From Pelagomonas calceolata (taxonomy: Eukaryota): DNA of 64,000 bases. This document shows, piece after piece, positions 1 through 10,895 of the stretch. The stretch covers positions 2,976,001 through 3,040,000 of the forward strand of contig CAKKNE010000004.1 in NCBI GenBank assembly GCA_918797485.1. Direction: 5' to 3'. The translations under genes were made by a program, and so were the position numbers. The notes beneath the pieces were generated by a model. That model was not told the DNA's origin, ran no database searches, and saw only the letters and a program-made list of their open reading frames with translations. Numbering within the stretch: the stretch's first letter is position 1; the number at the start of each line of letters is the position of its first letter.

Positions 1-1
1 G

Positions 2-1606
2 CTCTCGCTCGACGACGCGACGTCGCTCGAGAATATTGTGAGCTTTGCCTTTGACGACGCACCGGAGGGCCAGGAACCGGAGTTGGCCGTGGCCATGGAC
101 GCGGCCGCCCGGTGTTTACGGGGCAACACGGAGGACGACGTGGACGCGGCCTTCGACGCGTGTCGAAAAGCCCTCGGCACGACGGCGACGACCATCGAGA
201 CGACGAAGCTCGTATCATATCTGTGTCAAGCGGACCTGGACTTGCCGGCGCCCGGCTACGGTTTAGGCGGCCCCCAGGACGACGAGGGGTCGTCGAGGCG
301 GGGCCTCACGCCGCGGCAGGCCCACCTCGTGGTGCGGCGCTGCCTCGACCCGTCGGGCGACGGCGTCGTCACGAAGGACGAGTTCTCCGCCTTTGCGTTC
401 TGGCCGACGCGCACCGTCGAGGGTTTGAGGAGAGCGGCGCTGACGGCGGCGTTTCAATTGCCGGACGACGGCGATTTGACGCCGGGTAGGAGGTTGTTTA
501 CGGCCCTGGACGAGGACGGCAATGGGTGTTTGGGAAGGGCTGAATTAGCCCGCGGCCTGGCGCGATTGGGCGCTCCTTTACTGCCGAACGAGCGCCGACT
601 GTTATCGCAAGCGCTGGATGTGGATGGAGACGGCGCGACGACGCGCAAGGAGTTCCTCACGTTCTTGGGTGAGAAAGTTGATGATCTCGACGACAGGATT
701 GTGCCCACGCCGAAGAAGGTGCCGGTGGTGCCGAAGCCGTCTCCCCGAAGACCGCGCCGGCCCGAGGCGAGTTACCACCCCAAGCCCAAGGTCAGCGAGA
801 AGACGAAGGAGGCTTTGGCGGTCTGGATCACGCGCTGTCTAGCATTGGAGGAGGACAACAAGGGTCTGAATCGGAAGGTCCGCGAGCTGGCGCGGGACCT
901 GAAGAAGGCCGTGCGTCCTAAAGCGGAGGAGCCCGACCCGGAACTCGCGATGGAACTAGAGGCGCTGGCCGCGAAGAACGACGCGCTCGAGGTCCAGGTC
1001 GCCGAATTTGAGTTGTGGAAGACGGAGACGCTGAAACAGCACGACGACGAAAAGACTACGATCAGGGCGGAGCTCGAGGAGTCGTACCGCGAGCGCGTCC
1101 GCACGGCGGAAGCTGGCCAGCGGAAAGACATGTTAAACGCGAAGCGCTTGCAACGCGAGCTCGCCGCGTTGAAGGCCCAGAAGGAGACGAAAGTAGTAGT
1201 AAAAGACGCCTACTTCAGCCGCAAGGGTTCCACGTCGATCATCAAGGAGAAGGAGGCCCTCCAGGCCAAACTGAAAGATAGGGACGCAGAGATCGCCGAT
1301 TTGAAATACCGGATAGAGCGCTACAAGAAGGGCGAACGGGCCCTCCATCGGGCGTGGCAGAAGGCTTGCGTCAGAGGCGATAAATATCGCGAGGCCGCGC
1401 GGGCGACGGAGGTCGACTGCGTGAATCGACTGCGACGGACAAAGTCGCAGATGGACGAGGCGTGTTTGAAGGCCGAGGGCGCCGTCGACGAGTCCGTCCT
1501 CCCGTCCGAGGAGGACGTGCAACGCCTGACCAAGCAGGAGACGCGCGCGTTTCGGGGCCGGCGCCAGTTCCCCGCGGCGAGCGCGTCGACGGTCGAGATT
1601 TCCTAA
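2..1606 (+). CDS. EF-hand calcium-binding protein with C-terminal coiled coil (5' partial)
   Basis: Frame is open from the window start. EF-hand loops DPSGDGVVTKDE, DEDGNGCLGRAE and DVDGDGATTRKE are followed by a heptad-rich charged region. Confidence 0.75.
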   Translation, partial: LSLDDATSLENIVSFAFDDAPEGQEPELAVAMDAAARCLRGNTEDDVDAAFDACRKALGTTATTIETTKLVSYLCQADLDLPAPGYGLGGPQDDEGSSRRGLTPRQAHLVVRRCLDPSGDGVVTKDEFSAFAFWPTRTVEGLRRAALTAAFQLPDDGDLTPGRRLFTALDEDGNGCLGRAELARGLARLGAPLLPNERRLLSQALDVDGDGATTRKEFLTFLGEKVDDLDDRIVPTPKKVPVVPKPSPRRPRRPEASYHPKPKVSEKTKEALAVWITRCLALEEDNKGLNRKVRELARDLKKAVRPKAEEPDPELAMELEALAAKNDALEVQVAEFELWKTETLKQHDDEKTTIRAELEESYRERVRTAEAGQRKDMLNAKRLQRELAALKAQKETKVVVKDAYFSRKGSTSIIKEKEALQAKLKDRDAEIADLKYRIERYKKGERALHRAWQKACVRGDKYREAARATEVDCVNRLRRTKSQMDEACLKAEGAVDESVLPSEEDVQRLTKQETRAFRGRRQFPAASASTVEIS

Positions 1607-4600
1607 GGTACTTGAATTTAGTCCGACCTCCGAGTCGGAACGGTAAAGGCGCGAGGGGGAGGGGGGCGTGCGTGCGCGCATCATACGCGCCGCTCCACGC
1701 GCCGTGGAACCGCCGCGCCGCCGGCCGGAAGACGACGGCGACGGGCGCCTCGTCTCGTAATAAAGCCGACAGGCGGTGCCAGAGCCGCTTTCCCACAAAC
1801 CGGAGGAGCGCCCGCACGACCTCCCGCGGCTCCTGATCAGAAACGAGCAGCTCGCAGGCCGCCGGGAGCGCGACGACGCGCCGCCGCTCGTCGATGGACA
1901 CGCAGCCCGGCCGGTCCAGGAACCGCGCGCAGGCCGCATCCAACGTCGCCGGCAGCGTCGCCGGGTCGGCCTCCATGATCGTGGACGGGAAGTCGCGCGC
2001 GCCCGAGTGGGCCGCGAGCGCGACGCGGCCGTCGCTCGCCGCGAGCGCCAGGGCCCAGTGCGCGTCGTCTAAGGCCGGCGCGGCGACGAAGGACGACCGC
2101 GCGTTCGACGGCGTCGGGGGCTTGGGCGGCGACGCGGACCGCTTGGAAATGGCGTCGCGCAGCTTCGCGCCTGCTGCGAGGGCCCGGCCGGCGCGCGTCG
2201 CGGTCGTCGCCTCCGGCACGACAATCTCCTGCTCGGGCCGGAGCCGGCCCCGGAGGACGCACTGCGCGAGGTCGTTCAGACTGAAGACGTCGCCGCACAC
2301 GTCATAGCTCACGGTCCTCGCGAACGTCGTCGCATCGCGCGGCGCGCCGAGCACGAGCAGCGCATGTAATAAGAGAGCGTGGTACAAGTTCAGGAAGAAG
2401 GCGAGCGCCTCGGCCGGCGTGCCCACGTCAGCGAGGGCGATGCGTTTTAACGACGCCGCCTCATCAAACAACTCGGCCTGGGCCGTCGCCGCCGCGTCCG
2501 GCGACGCCGCCGCGAGGCGCCTCAATAAGTTCCGCGCGCGCGCCCACGGCGGCAGGCCGTCCTCCTCCAGACTCAAGTCGAAACTCAGGCGCCGCGCGTT
2601 CAGGACCAATCGAGCTTGTTTATACGAAGGCGGTTTTAGTATGAACGCGTCCCGCGGGTCGCGCGCCGTCGGGAGACAAGCGTCGTCCGGCGTGAACTCG
2701 GCGGCCCTGGAGCGCGCAATGCTCAAAGAAGTGGCGAAGGCGTCCCGCTTGTCGTCGTCCGCAAACCCAAGATAGTGGCAGAGGCCGACCGTCTCCACGA
2801 CCAGCGTGGGGAACGGCCCCTCCACGAAGCGGCACGCGAGGACCTCGTTCAGCGGCAGCGCGATTTTTTTTGGTGATCCCAGCGCGTCGAGCACATCCAA
2901 CCGACCTTTCCTCAAAACCGCGAGCTGCTCGGCCCAGTGGCCCTCTCCCAAAGACCGCGCCACGACCGCGATGCTGTCGTCCTGCTGCCGCCTCAAAACC
3001 TCGCTCGTCACGCCGACCTCCGCTGCGCCGCCTCGGAGGAACCCCTCGTCCAAAGCTCGCGCGCGGCCCACCAAACCCCAGGCGTCGCGCCGCGTCCGCT
3101 CGTTGTCGTGGGTGGTGGCGAGCCACGCGTCGAGGCGCCTTCGTAACAGATGCGCGGCCCCGTCGCCCGCGGACCGATGGAACGGCGGCCGGTCGTTGTT
3201 GACGGGCGCCGCCCAGGGCGACCCCTCATTTAATATGGAAGCGGGCGGGCCGCGATCCGGAATTTCAGAGTCGTCCGGGTCCGCGTAGTAGGCGTCGTCG
3301 ACGACCGGGGCTTCTTCAACGGGCTCCTCGACGTCGTCGTCGGCCTCCTCTTCTTCCTCCTCCTCCTCCTCTTCATCGTCGTCCTCATCCATCGGAGGCT
3401 CCTCGGCGTCGGAGGGACCCTCGTCGTCAAACGCGCGCAGCGCCGCGGGCGACTCCGGGTCCGAATCCTCGTCGACGACGGCGCTCGTCTCTGACACGGC
3501 CGACCGCCGCCGCCGCCACTCGGAGAACTCGGCCGCGCGCCGGCTCGCCGCATGTTTCAGACCGTCTTTTACTTTAGTTGCGGTCTGCACGGCCTTCGCG
3601 GCCGACGCCTTCGCCGCGTCGCGCTTCCGACGCTGCGTCGGGACGCCGCCGCCCGGGCCGCAGGTTAATGAGGCGGCGGTCAGGCCCAAAACGGCCGCGA
3701 GCTCGTCCGCCGTCCGCAGGCGCGTCACCTGCTTCTGCTCCTTGTCTGACGTTAGCGTCGCCACGAGAGCGTACGCGCGGCAGGCCCGCATCGCGCGCCG
3801 GTCGACGGCCTCGACGAAGCCGGCGCACGCTATATTGGAGACGCGCCAGCCCTGATCCTCTTCCACGTCGTCGTACTCCTCGAAGTCCTCGCTGTCTTCG
3901 ACGAAGTCCAAGGCGCGCAGTCGGACGACGTCCTCGGCCGGGCACTTCTTCCGCAACCGCAGGAGCCGTCCCCCGTATCTCGACGACGGCGCGCCGGTCG
4001 CCAGCGCGACGCTGCTCTCCGGTCTTACCAAAGACACGAGGGAAAACGGCGCGTGCAGCGTCAGCGGGCCGTCGGTTTTCAACACAAAAAACTCCTCCTT
4101 CCGCGGCTCTTGACTTTTACTCTCGCGCCACGCGAGCCAGCCCTGCCGCGTCGATGTTAAGTAAGTACCCTCGGACTGCACCCTGATGACGTCGCCGTCC
4201 GCGAGCTGTTCTCTACCGCCGTCTCTCGCGACGAGCTTCAGGGGCGGCGCGGCCGCGCGGTCCCGCAGGACGGCGTAGCCCCGGCCCGTGTCCACAGCAA
4301 CATCGCAGACCACGGCGCAGCCCGACCGGCACGGCGGCGCGTCGCGCGGTGCTTGCGTCGCGGTGTCGCCTCGCTCGGCGAAGCGCGCGAGCGCCGCGTC
4401 CCAGCGGCAGCGGTAGCGCAGCCAGTAGCGCTTTTTCGTCGCGTCAAGTGGATCCCGGTCGTAGACCACGACGTCGATCGGCTGCGAACCCATGAGCGAC
4501 TCCAAGGAAGGCGACCCGATGGGCATGTTCGCCACGCGCCACTTCGTAAAGTCCACGAACGACGATTGCAGCGTCAAGGTGTAGGTCGTGCCGTCGGCGG

Positions 4601-5336
4601 CGAACCTGGGCATATTGTCCAGCGAACTCGCCCTCCTCTTGTTTCGATCCTCCTCGACCAGTTCACCTCGTAAGTCCGGCGGCGTCTGATCTGCGTGCGT
4701 CGCCACGAACAAATCAACACCGGTAGCGCAGGGGAAGGCGCATCTCGCTTTCCCGTCGTCATTGAGTGACCATTCGAGGCCGGGCGTCCTCCGACTGATG
4801 AAGGCCATGGCGCCCTTCACTAATGCTTTGGTCGCTATATTTAATTTCGGGCGCTGCTGGAGCTCCGCGCCGACGAAGAGCCGGCCGTCCGTCGGCGTTA
4901 TTAAGCATCGCCCCTGGATGCGCATCTCGAAGCGCCGACCCGTTCGTTCCAGCAGGTTGTTCACCGGCGGGTCCGTTGCTAAGAGAAATGAGAACTTGCC
5001 GTCGACGTAGTCGTTTCTTATTAAGTGTGGTTCGGTCGAATTGCACTTATACGCTTTGAAAGCACCGGTAGGCGTCTGGAGCTCGAGCACGAAGCCCCTC
5101 AAACCAGGATTCTCCCGACACCATCGTCTATTTTCCCCCGTGGGTTCTTTTACATCAATGGTGATGCGCCGTTGCTTGCTGAACAGTAAGTAGCGCGGCA
5201 AGTGGACGGTGACGGCCACGACCCAGATTACTAGAGCGTGGACGAGGTTGAGTAGTGCGATGAGCACCGGTGCCGGTGAAATTGCTGGGAACTCGATGTC
5301 CTCCTCTTCTTGTGTGCTCTCGCCTGCCGCGGCCAT
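1371..5336 (-). CDS. Large multidomain protein: N-terminal TM, DUF1769-like, acidic linker, PH-like, DUF547-like
   Basis: ATG at 5336 (MAAAGES). RRFEMRIQGR..LFVGAEL resembles DUF1769; LAFFLNLYHALLLHA..YDVCGDVFSLNDL resembles DUF547. The 3' end is uncertain because it overlaps the upstream gene. Confidence 0.65.
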   Translation of the reverse strand: MAAAGESTQEEEDIEFPAISPAPVLIALLNLVHALVIWVVAVTVHLPRYLLFSKQRRITIDVKEPTGENRRWCRENPGLRGFVLELQTPTGAFKAYKCNSTEPHLIRNDYVDGKFSFLLATDPPVNNLLERTGRRFEMRIQGRCLITPTDGRLFVGAELQQRPKLNIATKALVKGAMAFISRRTPGLEWSLNDDGKARCAFPCATGVDLFVATHADQTPPDLRGELVEEDRNKRRASSLDNMPRFAADGTTYTLTLQSSFVDFTKWRVANMPIGSPSLESLMGSQPIDVVVYDRDPLDATKKRYWLRYRCRWDAALARFAERGDTATQAPRDAPPCRSGCAVVCDVAVDTGRGYAVLRDRAAAPPLKLVARDGGREQLADGDVIRVQSEGTYLTSTRQGWLAWRESKSQEPRKEEFFVLKTDGPLTLHAPFSLVSLVRPESSVALATGAPSSRYGGRLLRLRKKCPAEDVVRLRALDFVEDSEDFEEYDDVEEDQGWRVSNIACAGFVEAVDRRAMRACRAYALVATLTSDKEQKQVTRLRTADELAAVLGLTAASLTCGPGGGVPTQRRKRDAAKASAAKAVQTATKVKDGLKHAASRRAAEFSEWRRRRSAVSETSAVVDEDSDPESPAALRAFDDEGPSDAEEPPMDEDDDEEEEEEEEEEADDDVEEPVEEAPVVDDAYYADPDDSEIPDRGPPASILNEGSPWAAPVNNDRPPFHRSAGDGAAHLLRRRLDAWLATTHDNERTRRDAWGLVGRARALDEGFLRGGAAEVGVTSEVLRRQQDDSIAVVARSLGEGHWAEQLAVLRKGRLDVLDALGSPKKIALPLNEVLACRFVEGPFPTLVVETVGLCHYLGFADDDKRDAFATSLSIARSRAAEFTPDDACLPTARDPRDAFILKPPSYKQARLVLNARRLSFDLSLEEDGLPPWARARNLLRRLAAASPDAAATAQAELFDEAASLKRIALADVGTPAEALAFFLNLYHALLLHALLVLGAPRDATTFARTVSYDVCGDVFSLNDLAQCVLRGRLRPEQEIVVPEATTATRAGRALAAGAKLRDAISKRSASPPKPPTPSNARSSFVAAPALDDAHWALALAASDGRVALAAHSGARDFPSTIMEADPATLPATLDAACARFLDRPGCVSIDERRRVVALPAACELLVSDQEPREVVRALLRFVGKRLWHRLSALLRDEAPVAVVFRPAARRFHGAWSGAYDARTHAPLPLAPLPFRLGGRTKFKYLRKSRPSTRSPRGTGAGPETRASPAWSGVARPPRTGGRTRRRRPRPSNTPRPSATLSVAVDSRSRPPSPARPRDIYRL

Positions 5337-5462
5337 CTCGCCCGGCGTTTCTCTGCCCCGCAGCGGGGTGCAGCAGTGGAGAGTGGCTGTATCGATTGAT
5401 TTCAGCAATGAGCGCGTGCCCTGGGCATGCCACTGTCGATGCGGAACGAGGGCGGGGAGCTA

Positions 5463-5486
5463 GCTAGCGGCATGTAACACACTAGG
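5463..5486 (+). promoter_or_regulatory. CTAG box copy
   Basis: GCTAGCGGCATGTAACACACTAGG. Confidence 0.7.
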
Positions 5487-5817
5487 GAAACATCGATCGG
5501 TTGGAGTGTACGGTGCCGAACGCGTCGCCGCGGTCCAAGGTCGCCTGCGGGAAGTCGCGGGACAAGTTGATTGAACGGGCGAACGTTGCACATTGTTCGG
5601 GGGGGTTTGCCGAGGCGGTTCTGCTTAGAAGGAGGTACGCTGTTATGAAAGAAGCGGCCCGCGCCCGCCGCCGATGAATCGGCGACGCGCGGTGTCTCCC
5701 CCCCAGGGGCTCCGCCCACTAGTCCTAGCACCGTAACATCGACTCCCATCGATCGGTGAGCGCGGCGTGAGTGACCTCCAAGGGCCATTTCTACCTCCTA
5801 TGCACATAACAAAACAA

Positions 5818-6933
5818 CTACGTTAGCCCCAGCGCCGCCATCGCGGGCCCGATGTCCGGCGCGACGAGCGACTCTTCGCCGCGACTCCACCACTGCCGCC
5901 GCTGCGCGAGCTTCTTTCGCGGCACGTCCAGCAAACCGTAGGGCCCGAGGGCCTCGAGGTCGTCGAGCAGCTCCGGGTCCAGCAGCTCCTCGAAACTGGC
6001 AAAGCCGCGCGCCGCGACGAGGTGCGCCGCGAGCGCGTCGGCCTTTTGGTCGGTGAGCTGGAGCTCGGCGACGAGCTGGGACGCCATCAGCGCGGCGCGG
6101 GCGCGCTCGGCGGCATCCAGCGGGGGTGGCGGTGGCGGCATCGGCGGACTTCGCGGCGTCGCGGTCCTCGGTGTCAACGCCGGCGTGGTCCTGGCGGACG
6201 CCGACGTGGCGGTCCTCGGCGCCGGTCCTTTTGCGGGCGCCGGCGTCGACTGCGACGCTCGCGCCGCCACCCCAGCCTCTGGTGGTGCCGGCGTCGCGTG
6301 CCCGGGCTTTTTGCGCGCCGCGAGCGCCCGCAGCCACGCCGCGGCGTCGCGCGCGCCGCGGTCGTCGGCGTAGTCCACGGGCAGGCGGCCGTCGCGATCA
6401 CGAGCGATCAACAGCGCGTCGCCGCCGTCGTCGGCGTCACGCGCGAGGTCGCCCAGCGACTTCAGGCTCCGCAATATGTGCACGTGGCCCTCCCACGCCG
6501 CGAAGTGCGCCGCTGTGCGGCCGTAGGCGTCGCGGGCCGCGACGTTCGCGCCGAGCTCGGTCGCGAGGCACCGCAAAGCTTTCAACCGGCCGTTCCGCGC
6601 GGCCACGTGGACGGCCGTCTCGCCCGTCGCGTCGCAGGCCGTCTCGACGCCCGCGCCGAGCTCGACCAACGCTTTGAGGGAGGGACAATCGCCGACCCAG
6701 GCCGCGCGGTGGATAGCGCGCCAGCCGTCGTCGTCGACGGCGTTTATGTCGGCCCCGCTCGCGACGAGGCACCTCAGACTGGCGACCTGCCCGTGCACGG
6801 CTGCCCTATGTACCGCGCACCAGCCGAGCTCGTCCTTTGTGTTGACATCGCACTGCTTTGCCAGGGTTTTTATCTGTTTGATGTCGCCGTCGCGCGCCGC
6901 GGCGACGAGCGCGTTTGTTGTGGACATCTCCAT
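5818..6933 (-). CDS. Ankyrin-repeat protein
   Basis: About five ankyrin repeats (GWCAVHRAA, GWRAIHRAA, GETAVHVAA, GRTAAHFAA, GRLPVDYA), a Pro-rich linker and a helical C-terminus. Confidence 0.85.
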   Translation of the reverse strand: MEMSTTNALVAAARDGDIKQIKTLAKQCDVNTKDELGWCAVHRAAVHGQVASLRCLVASGADINAVDDDGWRAIHRAAWVGDCPSLKALVELGAGVETACDATGETAVHVAARNGRLKALRCLATELGANVAARDAYGRTAAHFAAWEGHVHILRSLKSLGDLARDADDGGDALLIARDRDGRLPVDYADDRGARDAAAWLRALAARKKPGHATPAPPEAGVAARASQSTPAPAKGPAPRTATSASARTTPALTPRTATPRSPPMPPPPPPLDAAERARAALMASQLVAELQLTDQKADALAAHLVAARGFASFEELLDPELLDDLEALGPYGLLDVPRKKLAQRRQWWSRGEESLVAPDIGPAMAALGLT

Positions 6934-7106
6934 CCAGTGAAAAAAAACGCACCGGGCAGAATGGTGGGAATCACTCCACCATCAATGCGCTTTGATGGGC
7001 AGCCGCCGCATCCCCAAAAAACCAAAAGCCTCTCCCTGTTTTGTTTAACCCCGCACGCTACTGGCGCGACGCCGTCGCCGCGACCGCACTGCACGACTAC
7101 ACAATA

Positions 7107-7685
7107 TCACTTAGAGTACGTCTTCCCGTAGCCCGGCCCGGCACCGCCACGCCTCTCGTATAACTTCGCCTCCATGAAGCGGCGCAGGCCCTGCTCCCAG
7201 GCGTCCGCCGTGACGCCCTCCGGCGTCAGCACGGACACGACGCCCAGCTCCGACACATGCCTAATGTTCTCTTGGTCATCATCGAAAAACAACATGTCCT
7301 CGAAGGCGACGCCCGTTTTTTGTTTTAGTGCTTTCAGATGCGTCTTCTTGTTGCCTTTATAGATCTCCGCGAGGCGCCCGTCGTCCAGGGCCTGCCAGAA
7401 GCTTCTCCCATCATCTATCGTGAACAGTTTCAGTAGCTGTCTCGCCCAGTCCGGCTCGTCGCACCTGCTGGCCACGGCAACCCTGCAGTCCTGCCACTCG
7501 TCTCCATTACTTATCGTTTCCCATACTTTCCGCGTCTGGCCCAGCAGTTTGATGGCCTCTCCATCAGACGCGGCGCAGGCGTTTTCACTCGTCTTCGTGA
7601 AGGGCGGGCCCCGGCGGACCATGTACATCTCGGGGAACCAGCAGCAGGCGTCGAGGTCGAAGACCACAAGCTTCGGGAGGGCCAT
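7107..7685 (-). CDS. MDP1: Magnesium-dependent phosphatase 1 (HAD subfamily IIIC)
   Basis: MALPKLVVFDLDACCW (HAD motif I), VAVASR, MLFFDD..NI, LGV..VLTPEGVT. Confidence 0.85.
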   Translation of the reverse strand: MALPKLVVFDLDACCWFPEMYMVRRGPPFTKTSENACAASDGEAIKLLGQTRKVWETISNGDEWQDCRVAVASRCDEPDWARQLLKLFTIDDGRSFWQALDDGRLAEIYKGNKKTHLKALKQKTGVAFEDMLFFDDDQENIRHVSELGVVSVLTPEGVTADAWEQGLRRFMEAKLYERRGGAGPGYGKTYSK

Positions 7686-8208
7686 GGTTTTGCTGAATAT
7701 GGGTATTGCAGAGGTGTGTTTGAGACTGATCCGCGAGCGCCGCGCGCGCTGCTGTGTGCTGATGCTGTCCACAGGCTGCTGGCAGGCACAAAATGTGCGA
7801 AAAGATGCGTGCAGATCGCCGCGACGCGTTGGGCACAGGCTTGGAGGATACGTGAGCAGCCTCGAGCGATGCGTACGGCTTCAGGCAATCGCAAAAACTG
7901 CCGTGTGCGTTTTGGCTCAAAACCCGAACCAAACGAATCGACCAAATAGATGCACCAAAGCAACAAGGGAGGTGTATAGTGCAAGCCCAGACCGGTTTGG
8001 GAGGGTTTACGGACAAAAGCTGTCTGAAGCAGCCGCCTCACAACTTGAGTACGTAGGACGCCGTGCGCGCTGGCATCTGTGACCTCTCGCAGGATACAGG
8101 TGGCAGACGTTGGTATTTCGAAACCTCTCAGTCGCACCACGACGCTGTCGCAGCGCTTCTGCAAAAATATCTTGAGAAAGCGATATTGATAGCAGCCAGG
8201 CTGAGGTG

Positions 8209-9483
8209 ATGATGCGCCGCGCCCTCACAACAACCGTAAGGCGGCACCTCGCCGCACCAGCCATGCCGCCGCGCCCCGCAGCGACAACCACGCCGGAGGA
8301 GCTCGTCGCCGAGCTGGCCGCGCGGCCCTCGACGTCGCTGAGCCTACACGACATGGCGAATGCATGTGATCGGGGCGACGCGTTATCAGCAGCACAATAC
8401 ACGCATTCCGAGCTACCCGTCCGTCTCGCGAAGCAAGCCTTTGAAATACGACGCGCTCTCGGCTCGCACGACGACGACCAGGCTAGTGGCATCGCCGGCT
8501 ACTACGAAGCGACATTAGTAGAATTACTCACGGAACCAGCACCGACGGACCGGGCCTCCGAGCAACGCTTCGCGGCGACCATCACACGTTTATTGAATGA
8601 GACGCGGAATCATATTCCACTCGCACTGGCCCAGGCCGTCCGGGCCAAAAGAGCTGCGGCTTTCGCGGCCGTCGTTTCGAGGGGTGGCGGCGGCGGCGTC
8701 GCTACTTTGGATACCAAAATCAACGGCGTCGAGACGAAGGAGCCTTCATATGCCCCTTCCAAAGCGGAGACCGCTGCTCGGCTGCAATTGGATCGGGACC
8801 TGGAGCGCTTCTTCACGGCGCGCGTTGGGATCAGATTGCTCACGGAGCACTATCTTGCGGTGAGAGGCGACATCGCTCCCTTAATTGATACATCATGCAA
8901 TCCTGGCGAAGTCGTTTCGGCCGCGGCTGATGATGTTAAGCAATTGGCCAAGAGGGCCTACGGCACCGATTTTGAATTTGACGTCGTTGGTGATAAGGAT
9001 ATCCAAATTACCTACGTCACGAAGCACATGCGCTACGCGCTCGGCGAGCTGTTCAAGAACGCGGCTAGAGCCGTCGCCGAGAGGAAGGCAGACCCGAGGA
9101 TCAAAGTGGTCATCGCCGACGGGAGCGAGGACCTCGCGTTTAAGGTGTGTGATGAGGGCGGTGGGTTTTCAAGGCCGATGCGGCACAACGCGTGGTCCTG
9201 GTTCTGGAGTAGCGGCCCGCCTCTTGGCAGATCCGCGGGGAGCGGCGCCGGGGGAGGTCTAGGGTTGCCGATGACGCGGTGCTTGGCGAGGTATTTCGGT
9301 GGTGAACTCTCACTTAGACCGCTCGAGGGCCACGGCACGGACGCCTACCTGCACCTGGCGAAATTGGGCGTCGGCGCGTGCGAGGCGCTCCCGCGCGCCG
9401 TGCGCGAGTCGCCGGGCGGGCTCGTGTCGTCGCTGTATTTTGATGAGGAGAGGGACGTGGCCCACGACCGGAGGATAAAGTAA
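8209..9483 (+). CDS. Mitochondrial pyruvate dehydrogenase / branched-chain keto-acid dehydrogenase kinase family protein
   Basis: Arg-rich transit peptide, ELPVRLA, LERFFTARVGIRLL, ELFKNA (N box), DEGGG (G1), GLGLP..R..ARYFGGEL, GHGTDAYL. Confidence 0.88.
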   Translation: MMRRALTTTVRRHLAAPAMPPRPAATTTPEELVAELAARPSTSLSLHDMANACDRGDALSAAQYTHSELPVRLAKQAFEIRRALGSHDDDQASGIAGYYEATLVELLTEPAPTDRASEQRFAATITRLLNETRNHIPLALAQAVRAKRAAAFAAVVSRGGGGGVATLDTKINGVETKEPSYAPSKAETAARLQLDRDLERFFTARVGIRLLTEHYLAVRGDIAPLIDTSCNPGEVVSAAADDVKQLAKRAYGTDFEFDVVGDKDIQITYVTKHMRYALGELFKNAARAVAERKADPRIKVVIADGSEDLAFKVCDEGGGFSRPMRHNAWSWFWSSGPPLGRSAGSGAGGGLGLPMTRCLARYFGGELSLRPLEGHGTDAYLHLAKLGVGACEALPRAVRESPGGLVSSLYFDEERDVAHDRRIK

Positions 9484-9759
9484 CAACTGTTTGGTTATTT
9501 CGCGTCGAGGCGTTTTGGGCCGGGTTTTGCACAGCGCTTTCATGCGCAAGCGCACGGTGCGCTGCGGTGCACGGGGCATGCACGCGCGCGCGCAGCTATT
9601 TTTGCATTCGTGCGCCTGCTCGTGATCTATGCGGCTCGCGTGCGCCCTATTTCGTGAGATACTCTCAAGTGCTGCGGTGCTCTCCGAGGCATTGTGGAGC
9701 GCATCGGTGCCGCGGCGGCTCTGCTGAGATTGCACGACGCCGCGTCAACTGGGGACGAA

Positions 9760-10599
9760 ATGGCACAAAAAACAGGCACACCGGTCCTCTTATGCGTAGG
9801 CGTCGCCGCGCTGGCAGCGGTCTTGGCGTCATTGCTCAACGCCGAGGCCAGCGTGCAATACAACGCCGCCGAGGGCACCTCCACGGCGAGAACGATGGCC
9901 GACGCGCTGGCGGACGCGCGCTCCACCGCGAACTGGGATCCGGTCCTCAACGCGAAGGGCGTGCGCGTCTGGAAGCGGGTCGAGCACGCGGAGCGCACGT
10001 CCGCTCCGATGGCAATCAAGTCCCAAGTATACGCAGCGGTGCCGCCACGGTTCTTCACGGACTTGCTGCTCACGCGCGACTACGACACGGCCCGCCTCTT
10101 CAACCCTACGCTTGACGGAGGTAGTGATATTGAGTGGTTCAGCAAGCACGAGCGGATAAGCCACGTGCGGACGAAGCCGGTGTTAATTTTAAAACCGAGG
10201 GATTTCGTCGTGCGTGTGCGGCGCGAGAGCCGCAGCGATGGCACCGAGCTCGTGCTCAACACGAATACGGTCCATCGCCTGGCGCCCGTCGCGCAATCGC
10301 ACGTGCGCGGCGTTCTCAATGGCCTTCACCTGGTCGAGCCGCACAAGGACGGGACGGGCTGTGTGTACACGATGGTTTCGCAGATGGACCCTAGGGGCTC
10401 CATACCAATGGTCATCGTCAACTGGTTCGCGATGCGCCGGCCGCTCCAGTACATGGTCGCGCTCCGGGACCTGGCCGAGGCGCGGTATGGCCGCGCCGAG
10501 GCGGTGGAGGCGGCGCCGGCGGGGCCGAGGCGACGGCTCGGCCGGCTGCTGCACAACCTACCTTTTCGACGAGGAGCGCGGCACGACCGGCGGATATAA
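9760..10599 (+). CDS. START-domain lipid-binding protein with N-terminal signal anchor
   Basis: W..VLNAKGVRVWKR, KPRDFV, HVRG, MDPRGSIP..IVN are START-domain hallmarks; hydrophobic N-terminus. Confidence 0.8.
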   Translation: MAQKTGTPVLLCVGVAALAAVLASLLNAEASVQYNAAEGTSTARTMADALADARSTANWDPVLNAKGVRVWKRVEHAERTSAPMAIKSQVYAAVPPRFFTDLLLTRDYDTARLFNPTLDGGSDIEWFSKHERISHVRTKPVLILKPRDFVVRVRRESRSDGTELVLNTNTVHRLAPVAQSHVRGVLNGLHLVEPHKDGTGCVYTMVSQMDPRGSIPMVIVNWFAMRRPLQYMVALRDLAEARYGRAEAVEAAPAGPRRRLGRLLHNLPFRRGARHDRRI

Positions 10600-10895
10600 G
10601 TATTGTTTTGTAGGTTTTCGCGTCGATGGCGTTGGGTTTGTGTCCGAGTCTGTCTGTGGCGGTCGCCGCCGGGGCGTCTCGCGTCTGATGGGCACGGGTT
10701 TTGCTCACTGCGTTTCCGCTTTTGGCTGCATTGCGCTGCACCGCCATCGGCGTAAATACGCGCGCGCAACTCCCTTTGCACCCATTCGACTGCTGTCGAT
10801 GCAGCTCGCGCGAGTCCTCTAAGTGCGAAAACGCTGCGGTGCTCTCTCTAATGCAGTAGGAGAATCTCGTGCCGCGCGCGTCTCGGAGAGACACC

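Noticed and set aside
3340..3390. (TCC)n microsatellite
   Set aside because: Encodes the poly-Glu/Asp linker of the DUF547-like protein.
6022..7131. Long antisense or alternative-frame ORFs (this one, 12440-13183, 47419-48531, 61418-62422 and many others)
   Set aside because: Shadow ORFs expected in high-GC coding DNA; Arg/Ala/Pro-rich with no family motifs, and overlapping well-supported genes.
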